DNA from: a virus
Taxonomy: Duplodnaviria > Caudoviricetes
DNA length: 63,602 nt
Virus record (IMG/VR): IMGVR_UViG_3300034022_000282
Location: 1-63,602 of that record
Direction: 5' to 3' (one strand)
The position numbers and the translations under genes are program-made. This document shows positions 38,710-48,420 of the stretch, piece after piece; positions within the stretch are counted from its first letter, which is position 1, and each line of letters starts with the position of its first letter. The notes beneath the pieces were generated by a model, which did not search any database, was not told the DNA's origin, and saw nothing but the letters and a program-made list of their open reading frames with translations.

Positions 38710-41700
38710 ATGAGTTTTTGTCCTAATAAGTCATCTGAACAATACAAAGCATTAGTTTCTCAATTAGGGGAAGCTAATGCTTATAATGCATGGTTTTTAC
38801 ATAATAAAAGTAATATTGCTAATGAAATTGAACCTGTTATACCTACAGTAAATGAAGCAACAGAGCTTATTAAAGAAATTAAACCTGCATTTAATATATC
38901 AAATAAGAGTATAACTTTTGAAAAAGAATATACTGAAGTTGTAACTAAATATAAACCAGAAGTTCCAAAAGCTTTAGAAGCTGTTATACGTATTGTTAAC
39001 GAAATAAACAACAAATATAAAACTTTAAAAGCAGCTTTTGTTAGATCTGAAGGTGATTCTTTTAAAATAGAAATTTACAAACCTAATAAAGAACAATATA
39101 CTTTAGGTATACTTGAAAAGTTACAAAAGTTAATACCAGAAATAAAAGAAGTTAGAATTGTAAGTTTAGAAGAAGCAAGAAACCTTGTAGGAGATGATGC
39201 ATTAAAAGCTAATGCTTTTATTAAAGGTAGAGTAATATACATGGTTGGTACCGAATTTGGTGATGAAACACTTATTGAGGAATTTTTACATCCGTTTATA
39301 GAATACCTTTTTCAAAATAACAATCAATTATTTACCGGATTACTTGAGGAGGCTAAGAAAGATAAAACTTTATTTAAATCTATAGCAGAAAGGTATTCTA
39401 AGTTTACAGTACAAGATAAACAAAAAGAATTAGTTACTCAGAAATTAGCACAATTGTTAAATGAAGAGTATAAAGGTCCTCAAAACGAACTTGAAGACGT
39501 TAAAGGAATTTTAAACTTAGTACTCAGGGAATTAGTCAAATTTTTTAAACAGCTTTTTGGGGGTACTTACGAATTACAAGTAGATCAACTTTACCCTAAT
39601 ATGTCTTTAGGCCAATTAGCTAGAATTTTAAATACTAAAAATGTAACTATACCTACTGAATTTTTATACAAACCTACGTTTAGTTTAATAGATGATATTA
39701 AAAAACAATCTATTGAAAATAATTATAGGTTAGATGAACCTGTTTACAAAGATAAAGCTAATAGCAGCTATCCTCGTTTAACTGAATGGGTAAAAGAAAA
39801 GCTGAGTAAACTTAAAGGTGTAACTGATGAAGATTTTGCCCAATCATCTGCTAAAAAAATGTTTAGGTTAGGTAAAACCAGAATTAATGAAAATGGTGAT
39901 TTAGTTTTACTACTTAATAGTGGTAAGGAAGTTACTATGGATGAGTTAGTTGCAGATAGATTAGAAGATTTTAAAGTTAGTAGAGCTTACGGTAAGTTAT
40001 CCCATTTATTAATTGAAAGAGCTTTAAGAAAAAAGATGGGTGAGGATATTACCGATGTTAATCTTAAAATACAATCTTTAGTTAATGGCGCTGAAACAAA
40101 AGAAACTATTGACGAAAATAGGTATTCTTGGATAGAACCTAATATAGAACGTATATTAGCTTTATCTGGTTTAAATATAGGTGACGGTAGGTTATCAAAA
40201 GACAAATTAGATAAAGTGTTATCTGAATTACCTTTTATATCTGAAGAAATTGGTATAGGTACTACTATAGATGGTTTAATAGAACATGAAGATGGTACTT
40301 TATCTATTAAAGATTGGAAAACTGGTAACATATTAAATGATATGTTTACACCTCAATTGTTATCAGAATACGGTAATCAATTAGAACCTATTAGAGATAG
40401 TAAATTAGACAGAGCTAAATTAGAAGTTGCTTTAAGGGCAATGATGATTAAACTTAAAAACCCATCTGCTAAATTTAGAAGTTTATCAGTAGAATATTTA
40501 AATAAAAATACTTTATTAGAAAGCTATAACATTAATCTTGACAATTATTTAAATTTTTTAGAGTCTTACTTTAGAGAAAATGAACCTAATTTATACAAAA
40601 CTTTAAAAGATAAAAATCTATTTAGTGTATATGAGTACGGTGTTAGAGTACAAGAAGACATGAGTCCAGAAAGTATGGAATCTAAAGAAGCAAAAATTAA
40701 AAACATAGACCAAGAAATACAAATTTTAAAAAATAGAATTACAGTAGAAAAAAATGTTGGTCTTAAAAGTGCTATGAAAAACGAACTTGTACGTTTAACA
40801 CAAGAACGTATAAGTGCTGAAACATTAATGCCAGGAGGTTTATCTGAAGAAAATGTAGAAGTTAGTTGGTTTAAAAGATGGACAGGTAATTTAAGTGTTG
40901 TGTCACAACCTTTAATTACAGCGTATAAAAAATTATTAGATTCTGCTAAAATGAAATTTTTAGATGAACGTAATAAACTACGTTATGAATTTAATGATTT
41001 ACAAAAAGAATTAATGAAAGAATATAATCCTAAAATAGGTAATATAGGTTTAAAATACAAAACCGATACTAATGAAGGATTGTATGATTTTATGTGGGTA
41101 GAAAGAACTAAAAATGGTAACAAAGGGTATTATCGTGTAACAGAACAAGATGCTGAATGGGCATTATTATCAGATGTAAAAAAGAAATATGTTAACTTTT
41201 TTGCAGATAAAATTGAATCTTTATACAGTGAAGTAGCTAATAAAGTAGTTTATATTGACCCTTTAGGTAAAAGAGTAACAAATGCTGAGTTTAATAATCA
41301 ACCATCTAAATTAGATGTAGATTTTATGCCTAGAGTTTATATGAGTTTTTCTGATTTTACAGAAAGAAACGGTTTAATATCTAAAGCATCTGCTGCTTGG
41401 CAATATTCTCAATTTAAAAATCAATTTTTAAGAAGTGAATTTTATGCTAAAAATGCTTATGATGTAATTCCATTTAAACATATGGGTTCAGAAGCTGTTA
41501 TTGGTAATCAAATGCATAGTTTTAATGCTGAAATAGCTTTTTATTCGTTTACAGATAATTTACTTAAAAAGAAATACTTTGATGAAGCTCACAGTATTGG
41601 TGTAGGTCTTGTAGAATATTTTAAACAAAATGATGAAGGTAGTAATGCTGAATTTTTAAATGATAGGATTATTGTAGAGGTATTAGAAAGTAAAAAAGAA

Positions 41701-43107
41701 CTTAAAATAGGTAAAAAGAATTTTAGTTACGTTGGTAAAGATGGTAAATTAAAAAAAGTAGACGTTGATACAGTCCTTGGAGCTTTAAAAAACTTTGTTA
41801 CTGCAGGATCTATGTGGTTAAAAGTTGGAGCAGGTTTAAAAAATGCTGTATTAATTGGTATAACTAATAGAAAAAAATCTTTATTAGGTAATATATCTAG
41901 GAAATTTGGTGTAGATGAAGAAGATTTAGATTTTACAGAAGGTGATTTACTTAAAGCAGACGGATTATGGTTACAATATATAAAAGACAGTGCTTCAGGT
42001 AATGTTGAAAATAATAAAGTAAATTTACTACTTAAAGATTTTAATTATCTACCGGATAGTTTTGATTTTAAACTTAATAGAAATGATTTAGCATCTTTAA
42101 AAAATAAAGGGTTAAGTACAGATCATTTATACATTTTTCATTCTGCTTTTGAAACTTGGGGTACAGGTACAATTTTCTTAGCTTTATTATTACACAACAA
42201 AAACAAACGTACTGGTAAATCTTTATACGATAGTTATGACGTTAAAGACGGTAAATTAGTTTGGGAAGGTGGATTAAGAGGTAAAAGACAAGATGGTAGT
42301 GAAATAAATGGATTAACTTTTGAAGAATTAAATAAATTTAAACGTGTAAGTGCTACTTTACATGGTAACTATCGTCCTGAAGAAAAAGGTGCCATAGAAT
42401 TATATGCTCTTGGTCAAATGGCAATGCAGTTTAAACGTTTTGTATCTCAACAATTGTTTAATTTAGCTCAATCAAAACAACGTTCAGATGCATTTGGTAA
42501 ATTTGTTGAAGAAGTAGATTCTGCTACAGGTAAACCTTTATTAGACAAAGATGGTAATACTATTTACAGCTGGAGACCTGAAGTAATAGAAGGTAGAATG
42601 AGATTACTATTTAAACACCTTTTAAATATCACTCCATTTGTAGCTGGTAATCCTGATTATATTTTTAAAAATTTAGGGCCTAGACAAAAACAAGATTTAA
42701 TAGCTTCTTATATGGTAGTTATTCAAACAGCTGTAATGTTTGCTTTAGGTAAACTTATGTTTCCAGATGATGATGAAGAAACTTTTGCTTCTTTAACATA
42801 TTGGAAATTAATGCAAGATTTATCTGATGGTGCAAATCCGTATGATATGTTAGATAATTTTCAAAGCCAAGCAATATCTTTTGTTAAGCTTAAAAAATTA
42901 GGTGCCGCTAGTGCTGAATTTCTTTATTCTACATCAACAGGTGAAAAAACACAAAGAGGTTATTATAGAGGTGAAATTGAAATAGCTAAAGGAACACCTT
43001 TATTTTCATCAGTTTATGAAATAGATAAGTTATTAAATAGGGTTGAAAAAGGAGATGCTTCTGGATTAAACCCAACTAAATTTGGTGATACGTTTTTTAA
43101 CAAGTAA
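38710..43107 (+). CDS. large virion cargo protein with degenerate zincin-like and PD-(D/E)xK nuclease domains
   Basis: 1465 aa; N-terminal CPN motif; EEFLH (39277-39291); GKLSH..E..GTTIDGL..IKDWKTG (about 39990-40326). Confidence 0.75.
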   Translation: MSFCPNKSSEQYKALVSQLGEANAYNAWFLHNKSNIANEIEPVIPTVNEATELIKEIKPAFNISNKSITFEKEYTEVVTKYKPEVPKALEAVIRIVNEINNKYKTLKAAFVRSEGDSFKIEIYKPNKEQYTLGILEKLQKLIPEIKEVRIVSLEEARNLVGDDALKANAFIKGRVIYMVGTEFGDETLIEEFLHPFIEYLFQNNNQLFTGLLEEAKKDKTLFKSIAERYSKFTVQDKQKELVTQKLAQLLNEEYKGPQNELEDVKGILNLVLRELVKFFKQLFGGTYELQVDQLYPNMSLGQLARILNTKNVTIPTEFLYKPTFSLIDDIKKQSIENNYRLDEPVYKDKANSSYPRLTEWVKEKLSKLKGVTDEDFAQSSAKKMFRLGKTRINENGDLVLLLNSGKEVTMDELVADRLEDFKVSRAYGKLSHLLIERALRKKMGEDITDVNLKIQSLVNGAETKETIDENRYSWIEPNIERILALSGLNIGDGRLSKDKLDKVLSELPFISEEIGIGTTIDGLIEHEDGTLSIKDWKTGNILNDMFTPQLLSEYGNQLEPIRDSKLDRAKLEVALRAMMIKLKNPSAKFRSLSVEYLNKNTLLESYNINLDNYLNFLESYFRENEPNLYKTLKDKNLFSVYEYGVRVQEDMSPESMESKEAKIKNIDQEIQILKNRITVEKNVGLKSAMKNELVRLTQERISAETLMPGGLSEENVEVSWFKRWTGNLSVVSQPLITAYKKLLDSAKMKFLDERNKLRYEFNDLQKELMKEYNPKIGNIGLKYKTDTNEGLYDFMWVERTKNGNKGYYRVTEQDAEWALLSDVKKKYVNFFADKIESLYSEVANKVVYIDPLGKRVTNAEFNNQPSKLDVDFMPRVYMSFSDFTERNGLISKASAAWQYSQFKNQFLRSEFYAKNAYDVIPFKHMGSEAVIGNQMHSFNAEIAFYSFTDNLLKKKYFDEAHSIGVGLVEYFKQNDEGSNAEFLNDRIIVEVLESKKELKIGKKNFSYVGKDGKLKKVDVDTVLGALKNFVTAGSMWLKVGAGLKNAVLIGITNRKKSLLGNISRKFGVDEEDLDFTEGDLLKADGLWLQYIKDSASGNVENNKVNLLLKDFNYLPDSFDFKLNRNDLASLKNKGLSTDHLYIFHSAFETWGTGTIFLALLLHNKNKRTGKSLYDSYDVKDGKLVWEGGLRGKRQDGSEINGLTFEELNKFKRVSATLHGNYRPEEKGAIELYALGQMAMQFKRFVSQQLFNLAQSKQRSDAFGKFVEEVDSATGKPLLDKDGNTIYSWRPEVIEGRMRLLFKHLLNITPFVAGNPDYIFKNLGPRQKQDLIASYMVVIQTAVMFALGKLMFPDDDEETFASLTYWKLMQDLSDGANPYDMLDNFQSQAISFVKLKKLGAASAEFLYSTSTGEKTQRGYYRGEIEIAKGTPLFSSVYEIDKLLNRVEKGDASGLNPTKFGDTFFNK

Positions 43108-43146
43108 AAAATAAAAGGTAGGGAACCACCCCTACCTTTTTTATTT
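43108..43146. terminator. bidirectional terminator between the convergent late and replication blocks
   Basis: A-run, AAAAGGTAGGG-AACCAC-CCCTACCTTTT, then T-run. Confidence 0.9.
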
Positions 43147-43267
43147 AAGCTAAACTCTATACTAGTTAGTTTTATTAAAACTTATAAACCTAAAAATACG
43201 TATTTCTATGCCTCTCGTCAGAGGTTTGGTTGTTGTTAGTTAGTATATCTAAAAAGCTTAAAGATCT

Positions 43268-43462
43268 TTATAACATTTCTGATGACGCTGTCACAGACTG
43301 AGATATTTTTAAAATTGTAATTTTATAGTCAGGGTATTTTTTAGATAAAAGACTTTTAGTATTTATTTTATCGTACCTAATATTTGACTCTAGCACTTCA
43401 AATTTAGATTGAGTTTCCCCATCCTTTTCAATTGTAAATTTTACATTAAATCTCATAATCAA
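43268..43462 (-). CDS. hypothetical protein
   Basis: 64 aa ORF in a tightly overlapping - strand chain. Confidence 0.5.
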   Translation of the reverse strand: MIMRFNVKFTIEKDGETQSKFEVLESNIRYDKINTKSLLSKKYPDYKITILKISQSVTASSEML

Positions 43463-43652
43463 TACTAATACTAAAGTTTAATAGTTCAAAATATAAATGA
43501 TACATAGTCCAATCTTCTTGCATGTAAAATCCTCTATTTAAAAAGAATTTTAAATCTATAAAATTAAAGTTTATATTATAACGTGCAAATTCTTTAACTA
43601 TAGGTGGCTCAAATCTAAATCTGATTTTTCTTATTTTTTTATTTGGATTCAT
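43446..43652 (-). CDS. hypothetical protein
   Basis: 68 aa ORF in the overlapping chain. Confidence 0.5.
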   Translation of the reverse strand: MNPNKKIRKIRFRFEPPIVKEFARYNINFNFIDLKFFLNRGFYMQEDWTMYHLYFELLNFSISIDYEI

Positions 43653-43842
43653 TACTTGCTGTTATTTTAAGTGGGCATTCTAAAGGTGTAAATTCAATAC
43701 AATCTGGTGCAGTTATTACCAATACATAAGCATCATCATCTAACGTGTAAGATAAATATCTCTTACAGTTTTGTTTCATGTGGCAAGAAACACCTTTTGA
43801 GGTGCTTCCTGTACATTTACTATAATCACTTGGTAGTATCAT
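43639..43842 (-). CDS. small Cys-rich protein
   Basis: D.SKC.G....C.MK.NC.RY...C: likely metal-binding. Confidence 0.55.
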   Translation of the reverse strand: MILPSDYSKCTGSTSKGVSCHMKQNCKRYLSYTLDDDAYVLVITAPDCIEFTPLECPLKITASNESK

Positions 43843-44593
43843 TGTTTATGTTAATAATTGCAAAGGTAGTAATATCTAAATCATTTACTAATTTTAATGA
43901 TTTATATGCTTCATAATATTTTTCAATTGCTATATCAGTATCTTTATAATAATCAATATAACAACTTAATACTTTTTCAGCAAAATCTTTAGGTTCTGTA
44001 AATACTTTATTTACAAATGCTTCACCTTTACCTTTTAATCCAGGTATATTGTCACTGGTATCACCAATAATCATACTACCAAAGAAATACTTTTCAGCAG
44101 CAAAGGGGTCTATAAATACCCATTCATTCTTTTTAGGATTGTAATGGCTACCTTCTAAGTTTAATAAATCTTTATCTGGACTAACTATAAAAGTATCCGG
44201 TGTTTGTTTAACAAAACTAGCTACATAATCATCTGTTTCATGTTGATAACCTGATAACCAATTAAATGACCATCTGTCAACTAAATGCATTTTCATTTCA
44301 TATAAATTCTTTAGTGGTTCTACATCTTTACGATTAGCTTTATACTCAGGGTATATTTCTTTTCTTGCTTTAGATGATCCACCGAAAAATCCTATATAAT
44401 GTGTTGCATTAGTTATTTCTAGTATATTAATAATGTAAATATCTGCTATATAACAACTTTCTTCAAATGTTCTATCTCTATAAGTAAACTTACCATCTAC
44501 TTTAATAGGTTCTCCGTTTTCATCTAATAACTTTTCCCCAGTCAAACTGAGGTAAAAGATATGGTCAACGTCTATAACTGCTATTTTACCCAT
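43826..44593 (-). CDS. 5'-3' exonuclease / flap endonuclease
   Basis: IDVD, YKANRK, ETDD, SPDKDL, GDTSDNIPGLKGKG. Likely ATG start at 44593; the track uses TTG at 44602. Confidence 0.9.
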   Translation of the reverse strand: MGKIAVIDVDHIFYLSLTGEKLLDENGEPIKVDGKFTYRDRTFEESCYIADIYIINILEITNATHYIGFFGGSSKARKEIYPEYKANRKDVEPLKNLYEMKMHLVDRWSFNWLSGYQHETDDYVASFVKQTPDTFIVSPDKDLLNLEGSHYNPKKNEWVFIDPFAAEKYFFGSMIIGDTSDNIPGLKGKGEAFVNKVFTEPKDFAEKVLSCYIDYYKDTDIAIEKYYEAYKSLKLVNDLDITTFAIININNDTTK

Positions 44594-44738
44594 GTAATCC
44601 AATTAATTTCTTTGCATAACTTGTTAAAAATTGATGACCGTTGAAGAAGAAGTCATGTTTACCTTCTTCAACAGCCTTGTTGTATGCTTCCGTAAAAGCA
44701 TCATATGTATTTCCTATGGAATGTATTGTATCTGTCAT
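44586..44738 (-). CDS. small hypothetical protein (50 aa; not in the ORF track)
   Basis: MTDTIHSIGNTYDAFTEAYNKAVEEGKHDFFFNGHQFLTSYAKKLIGLHG fills the gap. Confidence 0.55.
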   Translation of the reverse strand: MTDTIHSIGNTYDAFTEAYNKAVEEGKHDFFFNGHQFLTSYAKKLIGLHG

Positions 44739-44746
44739 TTAAATTT

Positions 44747-44995
44747 TCACTTAGGTAAATCAATATAACGATAACCTCCTTTAAATCCAAAAGCTTTTAT
44801 TGCATCTGTGTCTTGAGTAGGAACCATAATTTCTAGAAAATCTTCTATTGTATCTTCTTCAATTTCATCGTTTGGTCCAAAATTATAATATATTTTACCA
44901 TTTTCAATTTTAAGTATTTTTACATTATAATCAGGACCATAACATGCTACAATCATTCCTACTTTTAAATCTTCTTCTTTCATTATTTTTGCCAA
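44747..44995 (-). CDS. hypothetical protein (SH3/KOW-like start)
   Basis: EDLKVGMIV...VKILKI pattern. Confidence 0.5.
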   Translation of the reverse strand: MAKIMKEEDLKVGMIVACYGPDYNVKILKIENGKIYYNFGPNDEIEEDTIEDFLEIMVPTQDTDAIKAFGFKGGYRYIDLPK

Positions 44996-46842
44996 TGGTC
45001 GTGTATACTACAATCAACAACAACAGGTACTTCTAATAATACTTTTTTAGCTGCTTTTACCATTAACTCATCTAATTTAACTTTCCAAGCTTCTGCTTGG
45101 TCTGCTCTAGTCTCAGTTTGTATCTCGTCATAAACTGCTAAAATAATCTTTACATCCCAATTGTTATCATAAATTTCTTGTTGTACATCTATTAATGCTT
45201 GTTTAATAATGTCACCGTTAGAACCTTGTATCGGTGTGTTTTTACTTGCTCTTTCAATAGATCCCATAACACCAAAGTTTTCAGTTTCTACAGCATGTTG
45301 CCATTGCTCAAACCATCTGATACGTCTGTATGGTGCCGAAGTTCTAATAAACCCTCTCTTCTTACCCAACTCACCTAATCCAGTTAAAAACTTTTCTACT
45401 TTAGGTACTGCTTTAAAGAATTTAGTAATAATAGCTTTAGCATCAGATACACTGATTTCCATAGTATCTGCTAATTTAAACTCTGACATACCATAAGCTA
45501 ATCCAAAGTTGATCGTCTTTTGTACATCTCTATAAGTTACACCTTTCTTAAATGGTGTTTCTTTCTTAGCATCAGATTCTGGTATATCAAATGTCATTGC
45601 ACACAATACACTATGTAAATCTTTACCTTCTTTAAATGCATTTAACCAAACTTCATCTTTACTAAACTCAGCAATTATCCTCAATTCCATACCACTAAAA
45701 TCACCACCTACTATCTTATAACCTTTTTCTGGTATAAAACAACTACGTATTATCTTACCCAATTCACCTTTAGAAGGAATTTGATTAAGATTTGGTTCAC
45801 TAACTGATATTCTACCTGTAGATAATATAGGCCATATGTTAGCTCTAATCCTACCATCTTTGTCTACAAAATCTAAAAACTTCTTACCAAATGATGATTG
45901 TAGTTTTTTAAACTTGTTATAAGATATAAGCTCTTTAATAATACCATGTTTGTATTTTATTCTCTGTAATTCTCTATCACCAACACTTTCTAATGTAGGT
46001 TCAATAGTTTTACAAATAGATAGCTTTTGTTGGTTACTTGACCAGTTAATGTTTAAAGCTTCATTATCTCCAAACAACGCCATTTGTGTATACTTAGGTC
46101 TAAATGGTATAAATTTATTATCTGTAAGTATTATGTTATCTAGTATCTTTTCTAGTTTATCAGCTTCAATATCTACAGTTTTTATTACTTCTTTCCATTT
46201 ATCAACATTAAGTTTTACACCATGGTACTCCATTAAAGTAAATACCTTAATAACTTCATTTTCTAGTTTAAGTACATTTTGTAGTTCTAATTCTTCAATT
46301 TTTGCAAGCTGTTGATTCATTATATCCTCAAGATACATTACATCTTCAGCTGCATATTTAATAACTCTAGAAGATAAACCTATTCTATTGATTTCTCCTC
46401 TTACAGTTTTGTCTAGTTTAACATTACAATACTTCATTGCAAGACCTTCTAGGCTTACATCTCTACTTTCAATACCTGTAGTCAAAATACACTCAGCTAA
46501 GAATGTATCATATACATTAAGTTTCCAAATATCGATACCGTGTTTAAGTAAAAACCTACCGTCAAACTTAAAATTCTGAAGTAACCATAATTTCTCTTTG
46601 TCTTCAAATTGGTCTTTAAACATTGTTACAGGATAAGACTTAGAATCTACTACAAATTGGGTTTCATAGTTACCTATTTGATAGCATAATAGATCACTTT
46701 CTATTATACTAAACCCAGTAGTTTCCGTGTCAAATCCTATAACAGTGTTTACTTTTAGCCAATCAACCAGTTTTTCTATTTCACAATCATTAATGTTTGG
46801 ATTTTGAAATAACTGTTTATTCTTGCTAATAAAATATATCAT
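44983..46842 (-). CDS. polA: DNA polymerase family A (3'-5' exonuclease plus polymerase)
   Basis: FDTETTG, NFKFD, YAAED; TGRIS..PNLNQIP, DFSGMELR, R...KTINFGLAYG, NTPIQG, VYDEI. Confidence 0.95.
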   Translation of the reverse strand: MIYFISKNKQLFQNPNINDCEIEKLVDWLKVNTVIGFDTETTGFSIIESDLLCYQIGNYETQFVVDSKSYPVTMFKDQFEDKEKLWLLQNFKFDGRFLLKHGIDIWKLNVYDTFLAECILTTGIESRDVSLEGLAMKYCNVKLDKTVRGEINRIGLSSRVIKYAAEDVMYLEDIMNQQLAKIEELELQNVLKLENEVIKVFTLMEYHGVKLNVDKWKEVIKTVDIEADKLEKILDNIILTDNKFIPFRPKYTQMALFGDNEALNINWSSNQQKLSICKTIEPTLESVGDRELQRIKYKHGIIKELISYNKFKKLQSSFGKKFLDFVDKDGRIRANIWPILSTGRISVSEPNLNQIPSKGELGKIIRSCFIPEKGYKIVGGDFSGMELRIIAEFSKDEVWLNAFKEGKDLHSVLCAMTFDIPESDAKKETPFKKGVTYRDVQKTINFGLAYGMSEFKLADTMEISVSDAKAIITKFFKAVPKVEKFLTGLGELGKKRGFIRTSAPYRRIRWFEQWQHAVETENFGVMGSIERASKNTPIQGSNGDIIKQALIDVQQEIYDNNWDVKIILAVYDEIQTETRADQAEAWKVKLDELMVKAAKKVLLEVPVVVDCSIHDHWQK

Positions 46843-47012
46843 TTACTATTAATTACTAATTCATCTACAACCATCCATTGACAGTCTGCTGGCCTTAAAT
46901 CTTCGTCGTTATACTTACTATCAAACCATTCCTCAGAATTTTCTATTTCATCAGGAAAGTTTCTAATTATAACTTCTGCACTACTAAAATTTAATATTAC
47001 TATTCTTTTCAT
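46839..47012 (-). CDS. small hypothetical protein (57 aa; not in the ORF track)
   Basis: MKRIVILNFSSAEVIIRNFPDEIENSEEWFD...; ATGA overlaps at both ends. Confidence 0.6.
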   Translation of the reverse strand: MKRIVILNFSSAEVIIRNFPDEIENSEEWFDSKYNDEDLRPADCQWMVVDELVINSK

Positions 47013-47512
47013 TCTATTAATCTTTTAACTTGTTCTACATATTTGGGATCTTTACAATAAACTTTTCCAAGCATATCTAAGTATTGTTCTTCTGTAGTAA
47101 TAAAAAATGCATTTTGTATTTGAAAAGCCTTGTAATCCATAATACAATCTTCTAAAGTTTCGTATTGAGCAAATGCTCCGTAATCATGTGAATTTGATGC
47201 AAAAGTAAATCTTTGTGCTGCAACTCTCATACCTGTTACGTTTCTGTCATTTTTAGCTCTACGATGCTTTAAATAATCAGATTCTAATTTAATTTGGGCT
47301 ACTGCAATTCTACTAAATTTTATTTTATGTTTAGTAAGATAATTTTTAATGCACTCAATATCAAGGGTATCTTTTAAACAATACTCAATATTCTTAGCTT
47401 TTAGTAATTCTGTTATTTGTGGATTATCTACTAACTGTAGTTTAGTTCCAGCAAATACTCCTAGGCAAAATACAGCTAGTATTATACCTACATCTTTAAA
47501 CCATTCTTTCAT
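47009..47512 (-). CDS. membrane-anchored glucosaminidase (GH73-like) muralytic protein
   Basis: N-terminal TM; AVAQIKLES, N..GM, FAQYETLEDCI.DY, VYCKDPKY. Confidence 0.65.
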   Translation of the reverse strand: MKEWFKDVGIILAVFCLGVFAGTKLQLVDNPQITELLKAKNIEYCLKDTLDIECIKNYLTKHKIKFSRIAVAQIKLESDYLKHRRAKNDRNVTGMRVAAQRFTFASNSHDYGAFAQYETLEDCIMDYKAFQIQNAFFITTEEQYLDMLGKVYCKDPKYVEQVKRLIE

Positions 47513-47568
47513 ATTTTTTTAATTAATACATTTTTTCCTACGAGTAAATGGCAATTATGCCACTTTTT

Positions 47569-47790
47569 CTAAGGAGTGTTGTTACCGTATGTTTCGTTGT
47601 AATATTGTTCAAATGTTTTACCATCAAAACTTCTCCAAGCATTTTCTATCTCTTCCTTATGCATTGCCTTGGCCTTTTTCATCGCATCCATTAATAATAA
47701 ATCTTGCATTGGTTTTGTTTCAATTGGTCCAAGTATTTCACTAAACTCTTTAATTAAATACTCGATGCTAGTTTGTTCTTTATTGCTCAT
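47569..47790 (-). CDS. hypothetical protein
   Basis: KQT..E.L...AKAMHKEEI..A...EQYYNETY pattern; likely ATG start at 47790. Confidence 0.6.
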   Translation of the reverse strand: MSNKEQTSIEYLIKEFSEILGPIETKPMQDLLLMDAMKKAKAMHKEEIENAWRSFDGKTFEQYYNETYGNNTP

Positions 47791-47791
47791 A

Positions 47792-48076
47792 TTACCCTTC
47801 AATTTTTAAACCTGATACTAAATCTATCCAACCTGCATGTTTATCACATTCTTTAGGGTGCCAATAAAATGTATTTTGAAGTATTTTAGAAGCTTTTTTA
47901 AACCAACTTATGTTTTGATCATAAGTCATAGTATACTCTTCATAAAATTTCCAATCTTCTAAAAACTCTTTAGCACTATACATTTCTCTAATTTCATCAT
48001 AAGTAATATGATGACCAGCCTCTACTAACTGTAATGTTAGTAGATAGCCGGCTATGTTTTCTCTAGTTAATATCAT
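47792..48076 (-). CDS. hypothetical protein
   Basis: 94 aa ORF in the operon. Confidence 0.55.
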   Translation of the reverse strand: MILTRENIAGYLLTLQLVEAGHHITYDEIREMYSAKEFLEDWKFYEEYTMTYDQNISWFKKASKILQNTFYWHPKECDKHAGWIDLVSGLKIEG

Positions 48077-48078
48077 AA

Positions 48079-48420
48079 TTAAAAAGGTAATTTACTGTTA
48101 CGTTTATCTTCAATAGATGCTTCTAACAATAATAAATAGTTTACAGCATCACCTATCTTTTCTTCTGTTAAAGATTTAGAAGGTACAAACTCAGAGTTTT
48201 TATTCATCTCAGTTACTATATCTATTACAGATACTAAATGTTTTAAAAAGAAACCAAATAAAGCTTTTTCTCTACACTCACCAGTAATTTGGGCTGCCAT
48301 ATTAAAATTGTGCATCCTATCGTCATCACCTTTAGCATATTCTTTTGCTTTTTCAATAAGTATTCTTTTACATTCAGCTAATCTGTGTTCTACTACTTTG
48401 TCAAATTGTGCTGTTTTCAT
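48079..48420 (-). CDS. nucleotide-modification-associated / MazG-like all-alpha protein
   Basis: K..EYA...D...NF, KH, EKIGDAVNYLLLL. Confidence 0.6.
   Translation of the reverse strand: MKTAQFDKVVEHRLAECKRILIEKAKEYAKGDDDRMHNFNMAAQITGECREKALFGFFLKHLVSVIDIVTEMNKNSEFVPSKSLTEEKIGDAVNYLLLLEASIEDKRNSKLPF

Noticed and set aside
44640-44672. 10-bp inverted repeat GTTGAAGAAG/CTTCTTCAAC
   Set aside because: It lies inside a plausible 50-aa ORF, has a 13-nt loop and lacks a U-tract; no function can be supported.
44983-46842. Intein or group I intron in PolA, the helicases or vRNAP
   Set aside because: PolA (619 aa) and DnaB (361 aa) are compact and continuous; no C...HN splice motifs or homing endonuclease motifs were noticed.
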